A stretch of DNA of 64,000 nucleotides from Pirellula sp. (GTDB lineage Bacteria; Planctomycetota; Planctomycetia; Pirellulales; PNKZ01): NCBI GenBank assembly GCA_013822735.1, contig PNKZ01000022.1:39625-103624 (forward strand), in the 5' to 3' direction. Positions 47,844 through 57,013 of the stretch are shown one piece after another; the stretch's first letter is position 1, and each line of letters starts with the position of its first letter. Below the pieces are notes generated by a model, which searched no databases, had not been told where the DNA came from, and saw only the letters and a list, made by a program, of their open reading frames with translations. Made by a program: the position numbers and the translations under genes.

Positions 47844-50015
47844 ATGGCCAACGCACTCGATCCTTATTCCTACTGCCCCTGCGGCTCCGGCAAAAAGCTG
47901 AAGTTCTGCTGCCAAGATTTGGCTTCGGAAATTCAACGCATCCACGAGATGCTCGAAGGGGGCCAGCGCGCCGCGGCGCTCGAATACATCGAGTCGCTCG
48001 AGAAGAAGTTTCCGGATCGGGCTTACTTGGTCACGACCAAAGCCCTCCTGCAGTCGATCCTCGGCTCCGACGATAAGGCCGCCGCCACGCTGGAAGATTT
48101 CCTCTCGCGCCATCCCGGCCATCCCGTCGCGCTGGCCGAACAAGCGGTCGTCACCGCCGCGCGGCATGGCGCTCTGGCCGGCATCCAGCCGCTGCAACGC
48201 GCCCTGGAAGCGAGCACTGAAGCCATGTCGGGGCGCGTCGTCGCGGCCATCAGCCGGCTCGGCGAATTGCTATTGATGGAAGGGCGCGTCGCCGCGGCGC
48301 GGGGCCACTTCGTTTTGGCGTACAGCCTCAATCCGCAAGACGAAATGTCGTTGCAATTGCTGGCACGCTTTTTCACCTCGCCCAACATCCCCCTGGTGCT
48401 CAAGAACGAACAGGCGCTCGTTCCCGCTCCCGCCGGTGCGGAGTGGGCCGCGGAGTTCGACGCCGCCGTAGCCGATGCGCGCCGCGGGCTCTGGTGGCGT
48501 GCCGCCGACAAACTAAAGGCGCTCATGCCCAAGGCGGAATCTACGCCGGAGCTCTGGCGCAATTTGGCGGTCTTACGAAGTTGGCTCGCCGACAATCCCG
48601 GCGCCATCACGGCGCTGCGCAAGCTCGCATCGTTGCCGGTCGTTTGGGACGACGCCGTCGATGCCGAAGCACTCGCGCAGATCTACGACGGAATCGCCGA
48701 TCAAGACGTCATCGACGAACTTCGCGCCACGGTCGACCTGCGCAACCTCGACACCGCCAACGAAGTGTTCGCCTCGAACAAGCAGTTCACGCCGTTCCGT
48801 TGGGAGTCGCTCGAAATCGACTTCGGCGATCAGCCCCCTCCGCGCGCGGGCTACTTCCTGCTCGATCGACCGCTGCCGGCGACGGGCGTCGACATCCGCC
48901 GCGAAGATATCCCGCGCATCGTCGCCCGGCTGCTCGTCTTCGGTCGCCAGACCGATCGGGAAGCCCGGCTCGAAGTTTTCGTCCGCCGCACCGAATTGGA
49001 CCTCGTTAAGCAAAATCTTGCCTCGATTCTCCCGGCCGATGCGCTGGGCGCATGGCCCGAACAGCCGGAGAAAATCGACGAGGTGCCGACCGCGGAAGCC
49101 GCGCTCAGCTGGAGTTGGCGACTTCCCGACGACACGCCGCCTGCCCACATTCGCGCGCTCCTTGAAGCCGCGCGTCGCAATGCGGTGCTCAACGTGTGGA
49201 CGCAAACTCCGCTCTCGCGCTTCGACGGTAAAACTCCGGCCGTCGCCGCGAGTGAGGAAAAGTATCGCACGTCGCTTGCCGCGGCCGTGCTCTTGATCGA
49301 ACTCTCATTCTCGCAAGCCTCGACGACCGCCGTCTTCGATGAATTGCGAACCAAGCTGAATATCACACAGCCCGCGGCTCCCGATCCGGCGGAGTTTGGT
49401 CCGCTCGGCGTTCCGTATACCCGGCTCCATCGGCTCGACGTCGCAAAGCTCAGTGACGACGATCTGGTGATGAACTTCCAGCGGGCCCTGCAAGTCGTAG
49501 CACGGCAAGCCGTGCGGAAGCTCGGCCTCGAAGTCGTCGGCCGCGCGAGCCTGAAAGGCAAGATCGATCTGGCCGGCGTCTACGGCCATCTCGCCGATTT
49601 GGAAGAAGCGAGCGACGAAGCAATTCGCTACATCGATCTGGCACGCAAGGCTGCCGAAGAGCAGAAGCAATCGACTGCCCCGTGGGACCTCGAAGAAGTC
49701 GAACTCCGGTTGCGTCGCGGCGAACCGCAAGAGTTCGGCCGACTGGTCGAGCATATCCAATCACAGCACCTTCGCGAGCCCGGCGTGGCGCAAGCCTTGA
49801 TGCAGCTGCTCTATCAGGCGGGCATCGTCGGCCAAGACGGACGGCCGCGCAATCTCCCAGGCGGCGGCGTGGGAGTTCCCGGCGTTTCCGTGCCCGGCGC
49901 GGCGATTCCTTCTTCGCCCGGCGATGGAGGCGGCCTTTGGACGCCAGACGGCGGCGGCAGCCCTGCGCCTGCAGCGGGCGGCAAGTCCGGCCTCTGGGTT
50001 CCCGGAATGGACTAA
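47844..50015 (+). CDS. SEC-C-motif protein with helical-repeat body and Gly/Pro-rich tail
   Basis: ATG at 47844 (MANALDPYSYCPCGSGKKLKFCC). This is a SEC-C zinc motif placed at the N-terminus. The body is a ~650-aa helical region and the C-terminus is Gly/Pro-rich. Confidence 0.75.
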   Translation: MANALDPYSYCPCGSGKKLKFCCQDLASEIQRIHEMLEGGQRAAALEYIESLEKKFPDRAYLVTTKALLQSILGSDDKAAATLEDFLSRHPGHPVALAEQAVVTAARHGALAGIQPLQRALEASTEAMSGRVVAAISRLGELLLMEGRVAAARGHFVLAYSLNPQDEMSLQLLARFFTSPNIPLVLKNEQALVPAPAGAEWAAEFDAAVADARRGLWWRAADKLKALMPKAESTPELWRNLAVLRSWLADNPGAITALRKLASLPVVWDDAVDAEALAQIYDGIADQDVIDELRATVDLRNLDTANEVFASNKQFTPFRWESLEIDFGDQPPPRAGYFLLDRPLPATGVDIRREDIPRIVARLLVFGRQTDREARLEVFVRRTELDLVKQNLASILPADALGAWPEQPEKIDEVPTAEAALSWSWRLPDDTPPAHIRALLEAARRNAVLNVWTQTPLSRFDGKTPAVAASEEKYRTSLAAAVLLIELSFSQASTTAVFDELRTKLNITQPAAPDPAEFGPLGVPYTRLHRLDVAKLSDDDLVMNFQRALQVVARQAVRKLGLEVVGRASLKGKIDLAGVYGHLADLEEASDEAIRYIDLARKAAEEQKQSTAPWDLEEVELRLRRGEPQEFGRLVEHIQSQHLREPGVAQALMQLLYQAGIVGQDGRPRNLPGGGVGVPGVSVPGAAIPSSPGDGGGLWTPDGGGSPAPAAGGKSGLWVPGMD

Positions 50016-50031
50016 GCGACTAGAGTTTGGA

Positions 50032-50124
50032 GAGTTATGAGTTAGGAATTATGAGTTATGAGGTGTTGTCGATTGAGATTGCCGCACGGCAACGAAGTTT
50101 CATAACTCTTAACTCATAACTTCC
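50032..50124. repeat. imperfect inverted repeat of AGTTATGA/TCATAACT units directly upstream of ribD
   Basis: Left arm 50032..50062 gagttatgagttaggaattatgagttatgagg and right arm 50098..50124 tttcataactcttaactcataacttcc. The core is about 19/22 complementary by eye. The right arm ends 3 nt before the ribD ATG. Confidence 0.65.
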
Positions 50125-50127
50125 CCT

Positions 50128-51264
50128 ATGCGTCCCTCGCAACAATCCGACATTCAGCCCGAGCTCGACGCCTGGCACATGGCTCGGGCTTTGGACTTGG
50201 CCGTGCTCGGGCGCGGGCGCGTGGAACCGAATCCGATGGTCGGCTGCGTCATTGCGCAAGGGGCCGAAATCATCGGCGAGGGATATCACCGCAAGTTCGG
50301 CGGCCCGCATGCCGAGGTGGAAGCGCTCGGCGTCGCCGGCAAGCGCGCGGTCGGCGCCACGGCCTACGTCACGCTCGAACCTTGCTGCCATCACGGCAAG
50401 ACTCCTCCTTGCACCGAGGCCTTGCTCGCAGCCGGCGTCGCGCGCGTCGTCTATGCGATGGACGATCCGTTCCCCAAAGTCGCCGGCGGCGGCGCAGCCC
50501 TCTTGCGCAAGGCGGGCATTGCCGTCGAAAGCGGGCTGTTCGAATCGTCGGCACGGCGGCTGAACGCTCCCTATGTTAAATTGCTCGAGCGCGGTCGACC
50601 TTGGATCATCGCCAAGTGGGCGATGACGCTCGACGGCCGAATTGCCGCGGCGACGGGAGATAGCCGCTGGATTTCCGGCGAAGCGTCGCGGGCCGTCGTC
50701 CACGAGCTGCGCGGTCGCTGCGACGCCATTCTCATCGGCGCAGGTACCGCCAAGGCCGACGATCCGCAACTCACCGTACGCCCGCCGGGGCTGCGCGTGC
50801 CGCTGCGCATCGTCGTCGACGATCACGCAGCGCTGCATACCGCCGGCCGACTCGTCGGCTCGATCGCCGAAGCGCCGCTCATGGTTGCCACGTCCGCCGC
50901 GGCGCCGCAGGCCAACATCACACGACTGCAGGCCGCGAAGGTCGAAGTGCTCACGCTGACCGGTGCGTCGCGCACCGATCGCCTCGCCGCCTTGCTCGAC
51001 GAACTCGGTCGGCGTCGGGTCACGAACCTTCTGGTCGAAGGGGGCTCTCACGTCTTCGGCACCTTCCTCGACCTCGGCGAGATCGACGAAGTCCACGCCT
51101 TCGTCGCACCAAAACTGATCGGCGGCGCGAAAGCGCCGGCGCCGGTCGCGGGCCGCGGCCTCGCCAAAATGGCCGACGCACGCCTGCTCGACGACGTGCG
51201 ATGGCGGCAACTCGGCGATGACCTCTACGTCACGGGCCGCGTTAAGAAGCACGCGACGACGTAG
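50128..51264 (+). CDS. ribD: bifunctional riboflavin biosynthesis protein RibD (deaminase/reductase)
   Basis: Deaminase zinc motifs HAEVEAL and PCCHHGKTPPC, followed by a C-terminal reductase domain. Confidence 0.9.
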   Translation: MRPSQQSDIQPELDAWHMARALDLAVLGRGRVEPNPMVGCVIAQGAEIIGEGYHRKFGGPHAEVEALGVAGKRAVGATAYVTLEPCCHHGKTPPCTEALLAAGVARVVYAMDDPFPKVAGGGAALLRKAGIAVESGLFESSARRLNAPYVKLLERGRPWIIAKWAMTLDGRIAAATGDSRWISGEASRAVVHELRGRCDAILIGAGTAKADDPQLTVRPPGLRVPLRIVVDDHAALHTAGRLVGSIAEAPLMVATSAAAPQANITRLQAAKVEVLTLTGASRTDRLAALLDELGRRRVTNLLVEGGSHVFGTFLDLGEIDEVHAFVAPKLIGGAKAPAPVAGRGLAKMADARLLDDVRWRQLGDDLYVTGRVKKHATT

Positions 51265-51291
51265 CTCGCATGCGTCGCGAAGGGGATTGCG

Positions 51292-52605
51292 TTAGCTTCC
51301 GAACGGATTTGCCGAAGGCTCGCCGGCAGGTGCGGCAGGCGTGGGGGCGGGCGTTCCAAATGGCGAGCCCGGAACGTCGGCCGCGGGCGCGGCATCGGTA
51401 GCCGCAGGCGCCAGGGCACCCTCTTTCGGCTTCGGTGCAATTGCGAATCCGGCCGTATGTTCCAGCGGCTTCGATTGAGCACGTTCCCGCAGACACTGCA
51501 ACATTCCGGTCGACGTCCCCAAATAGATGCGATCGCTCGACGTATTGCGCACGGTCAGATCGATGCCCGCAACGGGCATGGAGCCGCGGCGTCCTCCCGT
51601 CTCGGCGTCAAGCACTTGCAACCTTCCCTGCGCATCGAGCAAGTAAAGGTTCTTTGCACCGGCTGCCAAGAATTTCGCGATGCCGGTCGTGTACCACATT
51701 TGAATGCCGGTCAGCGGATTGAGGCGCAACATTTGGCCCGTTTCCGAAATGGCGAACAATTTGCCGTCGATGGCGATGAGCGGGCGCGAAAACGAATTGA
51801 CGCCGCCGGCTTGCCAAACGTCCAAACCCGTAATTTCGTCGAGGCAATAAACGGTTCCGCTGCGCGAAGCGGCATAGACGAACGGCGACATGTACAAAGG
51901 CGCGGCCGTCGCCGCGTCGTTCATGCGGAAACGAAACTGGATCAGCTCTTTTGCTTGCTCGCGTGAGTAGACGTAGCCTTTGTCGGTCGTCCAAAGCACT
52001 CGATTGCCGACCGTCACCGGCGATTGCGGAGTACCCCCCGTGCCGCTGAAGCGCGTCGGCACGTGGTCGAGCAATCGTTCGCGCTTGATCTTGTAGCCTT
52101 CGAGCAGACCGCCGTCGAGCGGCACGTAAATTCGGTCGTCGCTAATTGCCGGTCCCGCCGAGGGAGCGTTGCCCAACCGTTGCGACCAAATCTCGGCGCC
52201 GGTCGAACGGTCGAGCAGATACAGCGTATCGCCGTTGGTGGCGGCTACGTATTTGTCGTTCACCGCCGGCACTTGCGTCTGGTAGTTCGCCTTGCCGATC
52301 TCCGTCACCCAATAGGTGCGTCCCGTCTCGGCGTCGATCCCCTGCAGAAGCGCCGTATTCGTTTGAGCGACGATCAAGCCGCGATGAACAACGACGTTTT
52401 CCACGCGTCCGCGCGCCGGATCAACGCGTAGGGCCGTCGACCACATGCGCTCGAGCCCGAGCTGTTGCGCAACCGGATTCGAAATGAGCTCCGTGCCCGA
52501 CTGCGCGGCGCTGGGTCGCGCGGCGCCGACGAACAGGATGCCGAAGGACACCGTGCGGAAGAACATCGACGTCGTCAATACGCCGGAAAAGATCCCGTTT
52601 GTCAT
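51292..52605 (-). CDS. PQQ-like (BamB-type) beta-propeller repeat protein, secreted
   Basis: 437 aa with a signal peptide. Repeated propeller-blade patterns (..TGRTYW, ..TGAEIW, ..GLDVW, ..GIQMW) and an Ala/Pro-rich C-terminal tail. Confidence 0.7.
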   Translation of the reverse strand: MTNGIFSGVLTTSMFFRTVSFGILFVGAARPSAAQSGTELISNPVAQQLGLERMWSTALRVDPARGRVENVVVHRGLIVAQTNTALLQGIDAETGRTYWVTEIGKANYQTQVPAVNDKYVAATNGDTLYLLDRSTGAEIWSQRLGNAPSAGPAISDDRIYVPLDGGLLEGYKIKRERLLDHVPTRFSGTGGTPQSPVTVGNRVLWTTDKGYVYSREQAKELIQFRFRMNDAATAAPLYMSPFVYAASRSGTVYCLDEITGLDVWQAGGVNSFSRPLIAIDGKLFAISETGQMLRLNPLTGIQMWYTTGIAKFLAAGAKNLYLLDAQGRLQVLDAETGGRRGSMPVAGIDLTVRNTSSDRIYLGTSTGMLQCLRERAQSKPLEHTAGFAIAPKPKEGALAPAATDAAPAADVPGSPFGTPAPTPAAPAGEPSANPFGS

Positions 52606-52899
52606 GACCGCCTACTTGCTGCGAAGTGACTCGGATTGATGTGAGGCCGACCGAAACGACGTTCCGCACGACGCGGAACTTTGTTCCGCCTTTTGGACGC
52701 GAGCGCCGTAACGAAATTATGCGATGCAACCGGCCGCCGTGCCGAGGAAAATCGGCCTTTGAAACACCACGCCCCCGTAAAGACGGGGGGCAATGGCGGA
52801 TGTGAGCCGAGGATTCTATGATAATTGCTCATAACCACGTTCGAAGCGGCAATTTAGGGCCATTCCGAACGATTTTCCCCGGTCGGCGACGATGAGATC

Positions 52900-55800
52900 A
52901 TGGATTTAGCGAACGTGACGCCGCCGGAGCGCTCGCTGAGCCAGGAAATCGTCGGTTATCTCAACTTCTCGGAAGGTCCGCCGGACGCCAAGTTCTATCG
53001 GGCCGTGAACGAAGCGTTTCTCCGCCTGAGCAATGGCCGCCAGCCGCTGCATGCCGCCGCATCGCGCGCCGCGGAAACGCCGCCCCTCTGGCGACTCTTC
53101 GCCGATTGGCTTCGTGCAGAAGCAGTTCGCCTCGCCGCCGAAGAGCCGGCATTCCGTAGCATCGAGCAGGCCGAGGGAGTTCTGAACTCCACGTTCGACC
53201 ACGTGATCCCCGCCTACCGATCGTTTCATCGCGATCTACTGTTTCATCAGCCCGACGACGATCTGTTTCGCCCGTACTTCACGGCGCGGATTCTGCAAAC
53301 CGTGCTCCGCTTCCGCGTCGCCGGCATCGACGACGACGAACTCGTTCCGCATACGCTCGCCAAGCTGAACGATTTCCTTGGTCATCGCCCGACCGCCGTG
53401 CTGCAAAACGAACGGAAGCTGGAACCGTATGAGCACGAGTGGGTCGCGCCGTTGCCGCTCTATCTCGACGGCGCCGGATTCGCGCACGACCACTACCGTC
53501 CCGTACTCGAACAAGCACTTGCGATCTTGCGCTCGACGGACCCCGACGTCCTGACGCGCGCCTACTTCGATCCGGCGCTTTTAGAAGAGTTGGCCGTCGA
53601 TCCCAGGGCCTACGACTTTGATCATCCGGTCAATAAGCGGCCGAATTACCACTTCGGCCAGTGGGATCCGCATCGCATCGACGGTCGCGGTCGTTACCGA
53701 CGCTTCGTCCTCCAAGAAGTCACGCTCGATGCCGTGTTTCAGCGCACGCAAGACCAACACGAGCTTCCGTCGGAGGAAGTGTTGTTCGAAGCCGGCGCCG
53801 TTTTGGCCGGCACCATGCTGATGGCATCGGCCGTGAGCGGCAACGGGCCTGATGCGCACGACTCCAGCGTGACGCTATCGACGTTGCTGCCGCGCATCGT
53901 TCGTTGCCGCGAAGATTTTTACAATCGCCTCCTCAGCAAAGTGCCGGGCCCGCACGGCGACCGGCTCCGCGCGGAAAGTGAAACGCTTCGCCAACCGTTC
54001 GGCGGTGCGCGACAACATCTCAATCAACGGCTCGCCCGCCTGCGCGCCATCCAATTGCAGCACGTTCACCTGGCACAGCTCTTCGCCAAGATGGGCTACG
54101 CCGACGCCGGCCGCCGGCAAGCACAGATCGTTCCCGTCGCTTCGGCACGCATGTTGTGCGAAATCAACGGCGTTATCACGACGATTCATCAGCTCGTCGA
54201 CCGCGGTCAACTGGTTCCCGCATCGGCGGAAGTGCCCGAAGCGGTCGCCTTGTTGCACCGCGCCATCGAATGCGGGGCACTCGTTGATCCTTGGAACATG
54301 CTCGGCTTTCAGGGGCAATTCAGCCTCTTTCCGTCGCTGGAAAACACCGTCCGCGACCATCGCGTCGATGTACTCGTGCACCTCGTGAAGCGGATCCTCG
54401 CGCTGATGGTGCGGCTTGTCGGCGAAGCCGCGGCGGCCGGTGAACACGACCTGCAATCACGTTTGCAAAATCTCCTCGGGTCGCTTGCCGAGTGGTGGGA
54501 CCAGTTCGCCTCCACCACGGTCTCCGGCGTGGATCCGGTCAGCGGCAACGACGCCGTGCAATCGGCCGAACAAGTCGCTGAAGCGCTCGGCGCTTGGCAT
54601 CGCGGCGGAGGCGCGGCCTCGGGCGACATCCAATTTTGGCGCAAGCACGTCGACCATTTCACGAGCCCCAAAACATATGCGCTCGTCGTCGAGACCTTGC
54701 TCGATAAGCGCAACTACGTCGCGGCGATGGGCCTACTGATGCAATGGCTCAGTCGGTTCGGTGAACTTCCGCTGGTGGAAGGAGATTTCTCGTTCCACAC
54801 CTTGGCGACGCGCTGGCTACACGAGATGCTCAGCTTCGAAGAAGCGCCGGGCCTCACGACTCCCGCTTTGCGTCGCGAACTCATCGCAAAATTCTTCGAC
54901 TATCTCGAAGCCAACGCCGATGAGAATTGGTCGGTGCCGCGTTTCGAGCTCTCCGCCGAAGGTCGACGACCGCGCCCCGGCAAGACGCTCGGCGACGAAT
55001 TGGAATCGGTCGACGGCGACGACGAGGAGGACCAAGCGCTCTTCGGCGCCGCGTATGAAGACGTCACTTATCGCGACAGCACGCGCGACGGCAACGAAGG
55101 AAACACGGTCTCCGGCGACGACTCCGAGCCCGGCGAGTACGAACTCGAACTCGAAGCACAGCGACTGATTACGCGTTTGGCGCTCATCGAAACGGCCGCG
55201 CGGCTTTGGAAGACGGTCGCCATCGGCGCGTCGACCGTCGCTGCCGGAACCGATACCCTGCAGTTCGACGTCGATCGGCTCGAAGGCTGGTATCGGCAAG
55301 CCGAAGCCAATCGCCGAGGACTGCTCCATCTGCTCGATCAATTGCATGCCCACAAGCTGCCGACGCCGCGCGGCACGCATGCTTCGCTCGTCGAGTACGA
55401 TCGCCGTCGTCAAGTGAAGGAAGATCTTGAGGCGCGCGTCATCGTCGCGGCCGTCGAGACGATCGAAGCCGGTCGGTTTTTGTTGGCGACCCTCGACGTG
55501 CTGCCGGCCGATTGCGACCTTGTGGAATGGTCGGCCCGATTTGTCGACGTCGTGCGCGGCCTGAAGCGCGGCGACCGCACGGCGCTGGTTGAAGCCATGC
55601 CGCGGCTGCGGAGCACGTTGTCGGAGCAGCCCATTCTCTACGTGCCGCTCTCCAAAGGGGGTAAGCCGCGCGACATCGTCGAGGCGCAAAGCGTGCAATC
55701 GGCGGCGGTGATCCTGCTGCAAGCGATGCCCCGCGCCGGACTCCTTTCCGAAGGCTTCCGGCTCGTCTCGGTCGCTCAATTGATGGAACGGCATCGACCG

Positions 55801-56901
55801 ACGGGCGAAGGGGCGGTGACGGAATTCGATCGCCTGTTCCAAGTCGGCTTCGAAGCGTCGGTCCATGCCTTGATCGACGCCATCGAGTTCAACACCCCGC
55901 AACCGAGCTACGGCGAAGACGTCGATCATTCCGCCGAGCTCTTCGAGGGCCTGCAATCGCTCACGGAAGCTTGGCTCAAACGTTGGAATACGCACTCGCG
56001 CAGCCTGCGCCTCTCGTCGCTGGAGAAGGCGACCGATAAGAAACGTTGGGAGGCGCTGGTCGATTTCATCAAGCGCTACGGCCGCGACCTCTTCACGCCG
56101 AAGTTCCTCAATCTCGGCAACCTCCGCGCGGTGCTGCACCAGCGCGTCGATACGTATTTGAAACGTTTGGAAGAAGACGACGATGCGGAAGCGCGGCCGG
56201 CTCTGCTCGACGCACTCGATAAGGACATCCCGCGCGTCGAAGCCGTCGACTTGCTGAGCATCGTGATCGAGACGCTCATCGAGAACTACGCCGAATTCAA
56301 AGATTACAACAGCACGACGACGCAGAGCGATCAGGGGGACATGCTTTACATCCTCCTCGACTTCCTCCGCTTGCGCCTCGGCTACGAGCGCTTCGCCTGG
56401 AATTTGCGGCCGGTGATGATGGTGCATGAAGTGCTGGTGCGCCGGCAGAAAACGGCCACGGCCGAACTTTGGCGCCGTGCCGTCACCGACCGTACCTGCG
56501 AGGCGGCCGATTGGAACATCGCGCAACTGCGCGAACTCACGCGCAAATACGGCGTGCGGCTGCCGACGATTTCCGATCGGCTCGGCGAACGCTTCGTGCG
56601 GCCGTTGGCCGTCGACCGGTTGCGCGCGTTGGTACGCCCGTCGGTCGTCGAACTCCGCACCGACGGCGACCACACGGCGTTTTCGCTGCTTGAACAAGAG
56701 TTGCTCGAATTCACCGACAACCCCTGCGGCTCCGGGCTCGACGTCCCGGCTTGGCTCTTGGCCCTGGAAGACGAAGCTCGCCGCGTGCAGGCCCAAACCG
56801 ACCGCCGCTCGGCGATTCCCCCAAACCTGCACGAGCGTATTCCCCGCGTGAGGCTCACCTGGGACGAAGCCTTGCAGCAAATGCGCAACTGGGAAGCTTA
56901 G
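52900..56901 (+). CDS. very large hypothetical protein (1333 aa), predicted all-helical, no recognisable motif
   Basis: Uninterrupted ATG-initiated ORF with coding-like composition throughout. No signal peptide, TM helix, P-loop or metal-Cys cluster was seen. An acidic low-complexity linker spans about nt 55000-55160. Confidence 0.75.
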   Translation: MDLANVTPPERSLSQEIVGYLNFSEGPPDAKFYRAVNEAFLRLSNGRQPLHAAASRAAETPPLWRLFADWLRAEAVRLAAEEPAFRSIEQAEGVLNSTFDHVIPAYRSFHRDLLFHQPDDDLFRPYFTARILQTVLRFRVAGIDDDELVPHTLAKLNDFLGHRPTAVLQNERKLEPYEHEWVAPLPLYLDGAGFAHDHYRPVLEQALAILRSTDPDVLTRAYFDPALLEELAVDPRAYDFDHPVNKRPNYHFGQWDPHRIDGRGRYRRFVLQEVTLDAVFQRTQDQHELPSEEVLFEAGAVLAGTMLMASAVSGNGPDAHDSSVTLSTLLPRIVRCREDFYNRLLSKVPGPHGDRLRAESETLRQPFGGARQHLNQRLARLRAIQLQHVHLAQLFAKMGYADAGRRQAQIVPVASARMLCEINGVITTIHQLVDRGQLVPASAEVPEAVALLHRAIECGALVDPWNMLGFQGQFSLFPSLENTVRDHRVDVLVHLVKRILALMVRLVGEAAAAGEHDLQSRLQNLLGSLAEWWDQFASTTVSGVDPVSGNDAVQSAEQVAEALGAWHRGGGAASGDIQFWRKHVDHFTSPKTYALVVETLLDKRNYVAAMGLLMQWLSRFGELPLVEGDFSFHTLATRWLHEMLSFEEAPGLTTPALRRELIAKFFDYLEANADENWSVPRFELSAEGRRPRPGKTLGDELESVDGDDEEDQALFGAAYEDVTYRDSTRDGNEGNTVSGDDSEPGEYELELEAQRLITRLALIETAARLWKTVAIGASTVAAGTDTLQFDVDRLEGWYRQAEANRRGLLHLLDQLHAHKLPTPRGTHASLVEYDRRRQVKEDLEARVIVAAVETIEAGRFLLATLDVLPADCDLVEWSARFVDVVRGLKRGDRTALVEAMPRLRSTLSEQPILYVPLSKGGKPRDIVEAQSVQSAAVILLQAMPRAGLLSEGFRLVSVAQLMERHRPTGEGAVTEFDRLFQVGFEASVHALIDAIEFNTPQPSYGEDVDHSAELFEGLQSLTEAWLKRWNTHSRSLRLSSLEKATDKKRWEALVDFIKRYGRDLFTPKFLNLGNLRAVLHQRVDTYLKRLEEDDDAEARPALLDALDKDIPRVEAVDLLSIVIETLIENYAEFKDYNSTTTQSDQGDMLYILLDFLRLRLGYERFAWNLRPVMMVHEVLVRRQKTATAELWRRAVTDRTCEAADWNIAQLRELTRKYGVRLPTISDRLGERFVRPLAVDRLRALVRPSVVELRTDGDHTAFSLLEQELLEFTDNPCGSGLDVPAWLLALEDEARRVQAQTDRRSAIPPNLHERIPRVRLTWDEALQQMRNWEA

Positions 56902-57013
56902 ACGGTCTTTCGCATCGGCTTGAAACACGGAACGCGTTTCGCCATATTGAACACACGTTCACTTCTGGTGAACGGGCCTCTAAGGAATCGTCCCGTCGCG
57001 AAAGGATGCCGCC

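Noticed and set aside
50016-50127. Expected FMN (RFN) riboswitch upstream of ribD.
   Set aside because: The spacer is only 112 nt and is occupied by the AGTTATGA inverted repeat. I could not find the conserved FMN-aptamer core segments.
54958-54990. P-loop-like string GRRPRPGKT in the 1333-aa protein.
   Set aside because: The spacing is GxxxxxGKT (five residues), not the Walker A GxxxxGK[ST]. It also lies in a low-complexity linker.
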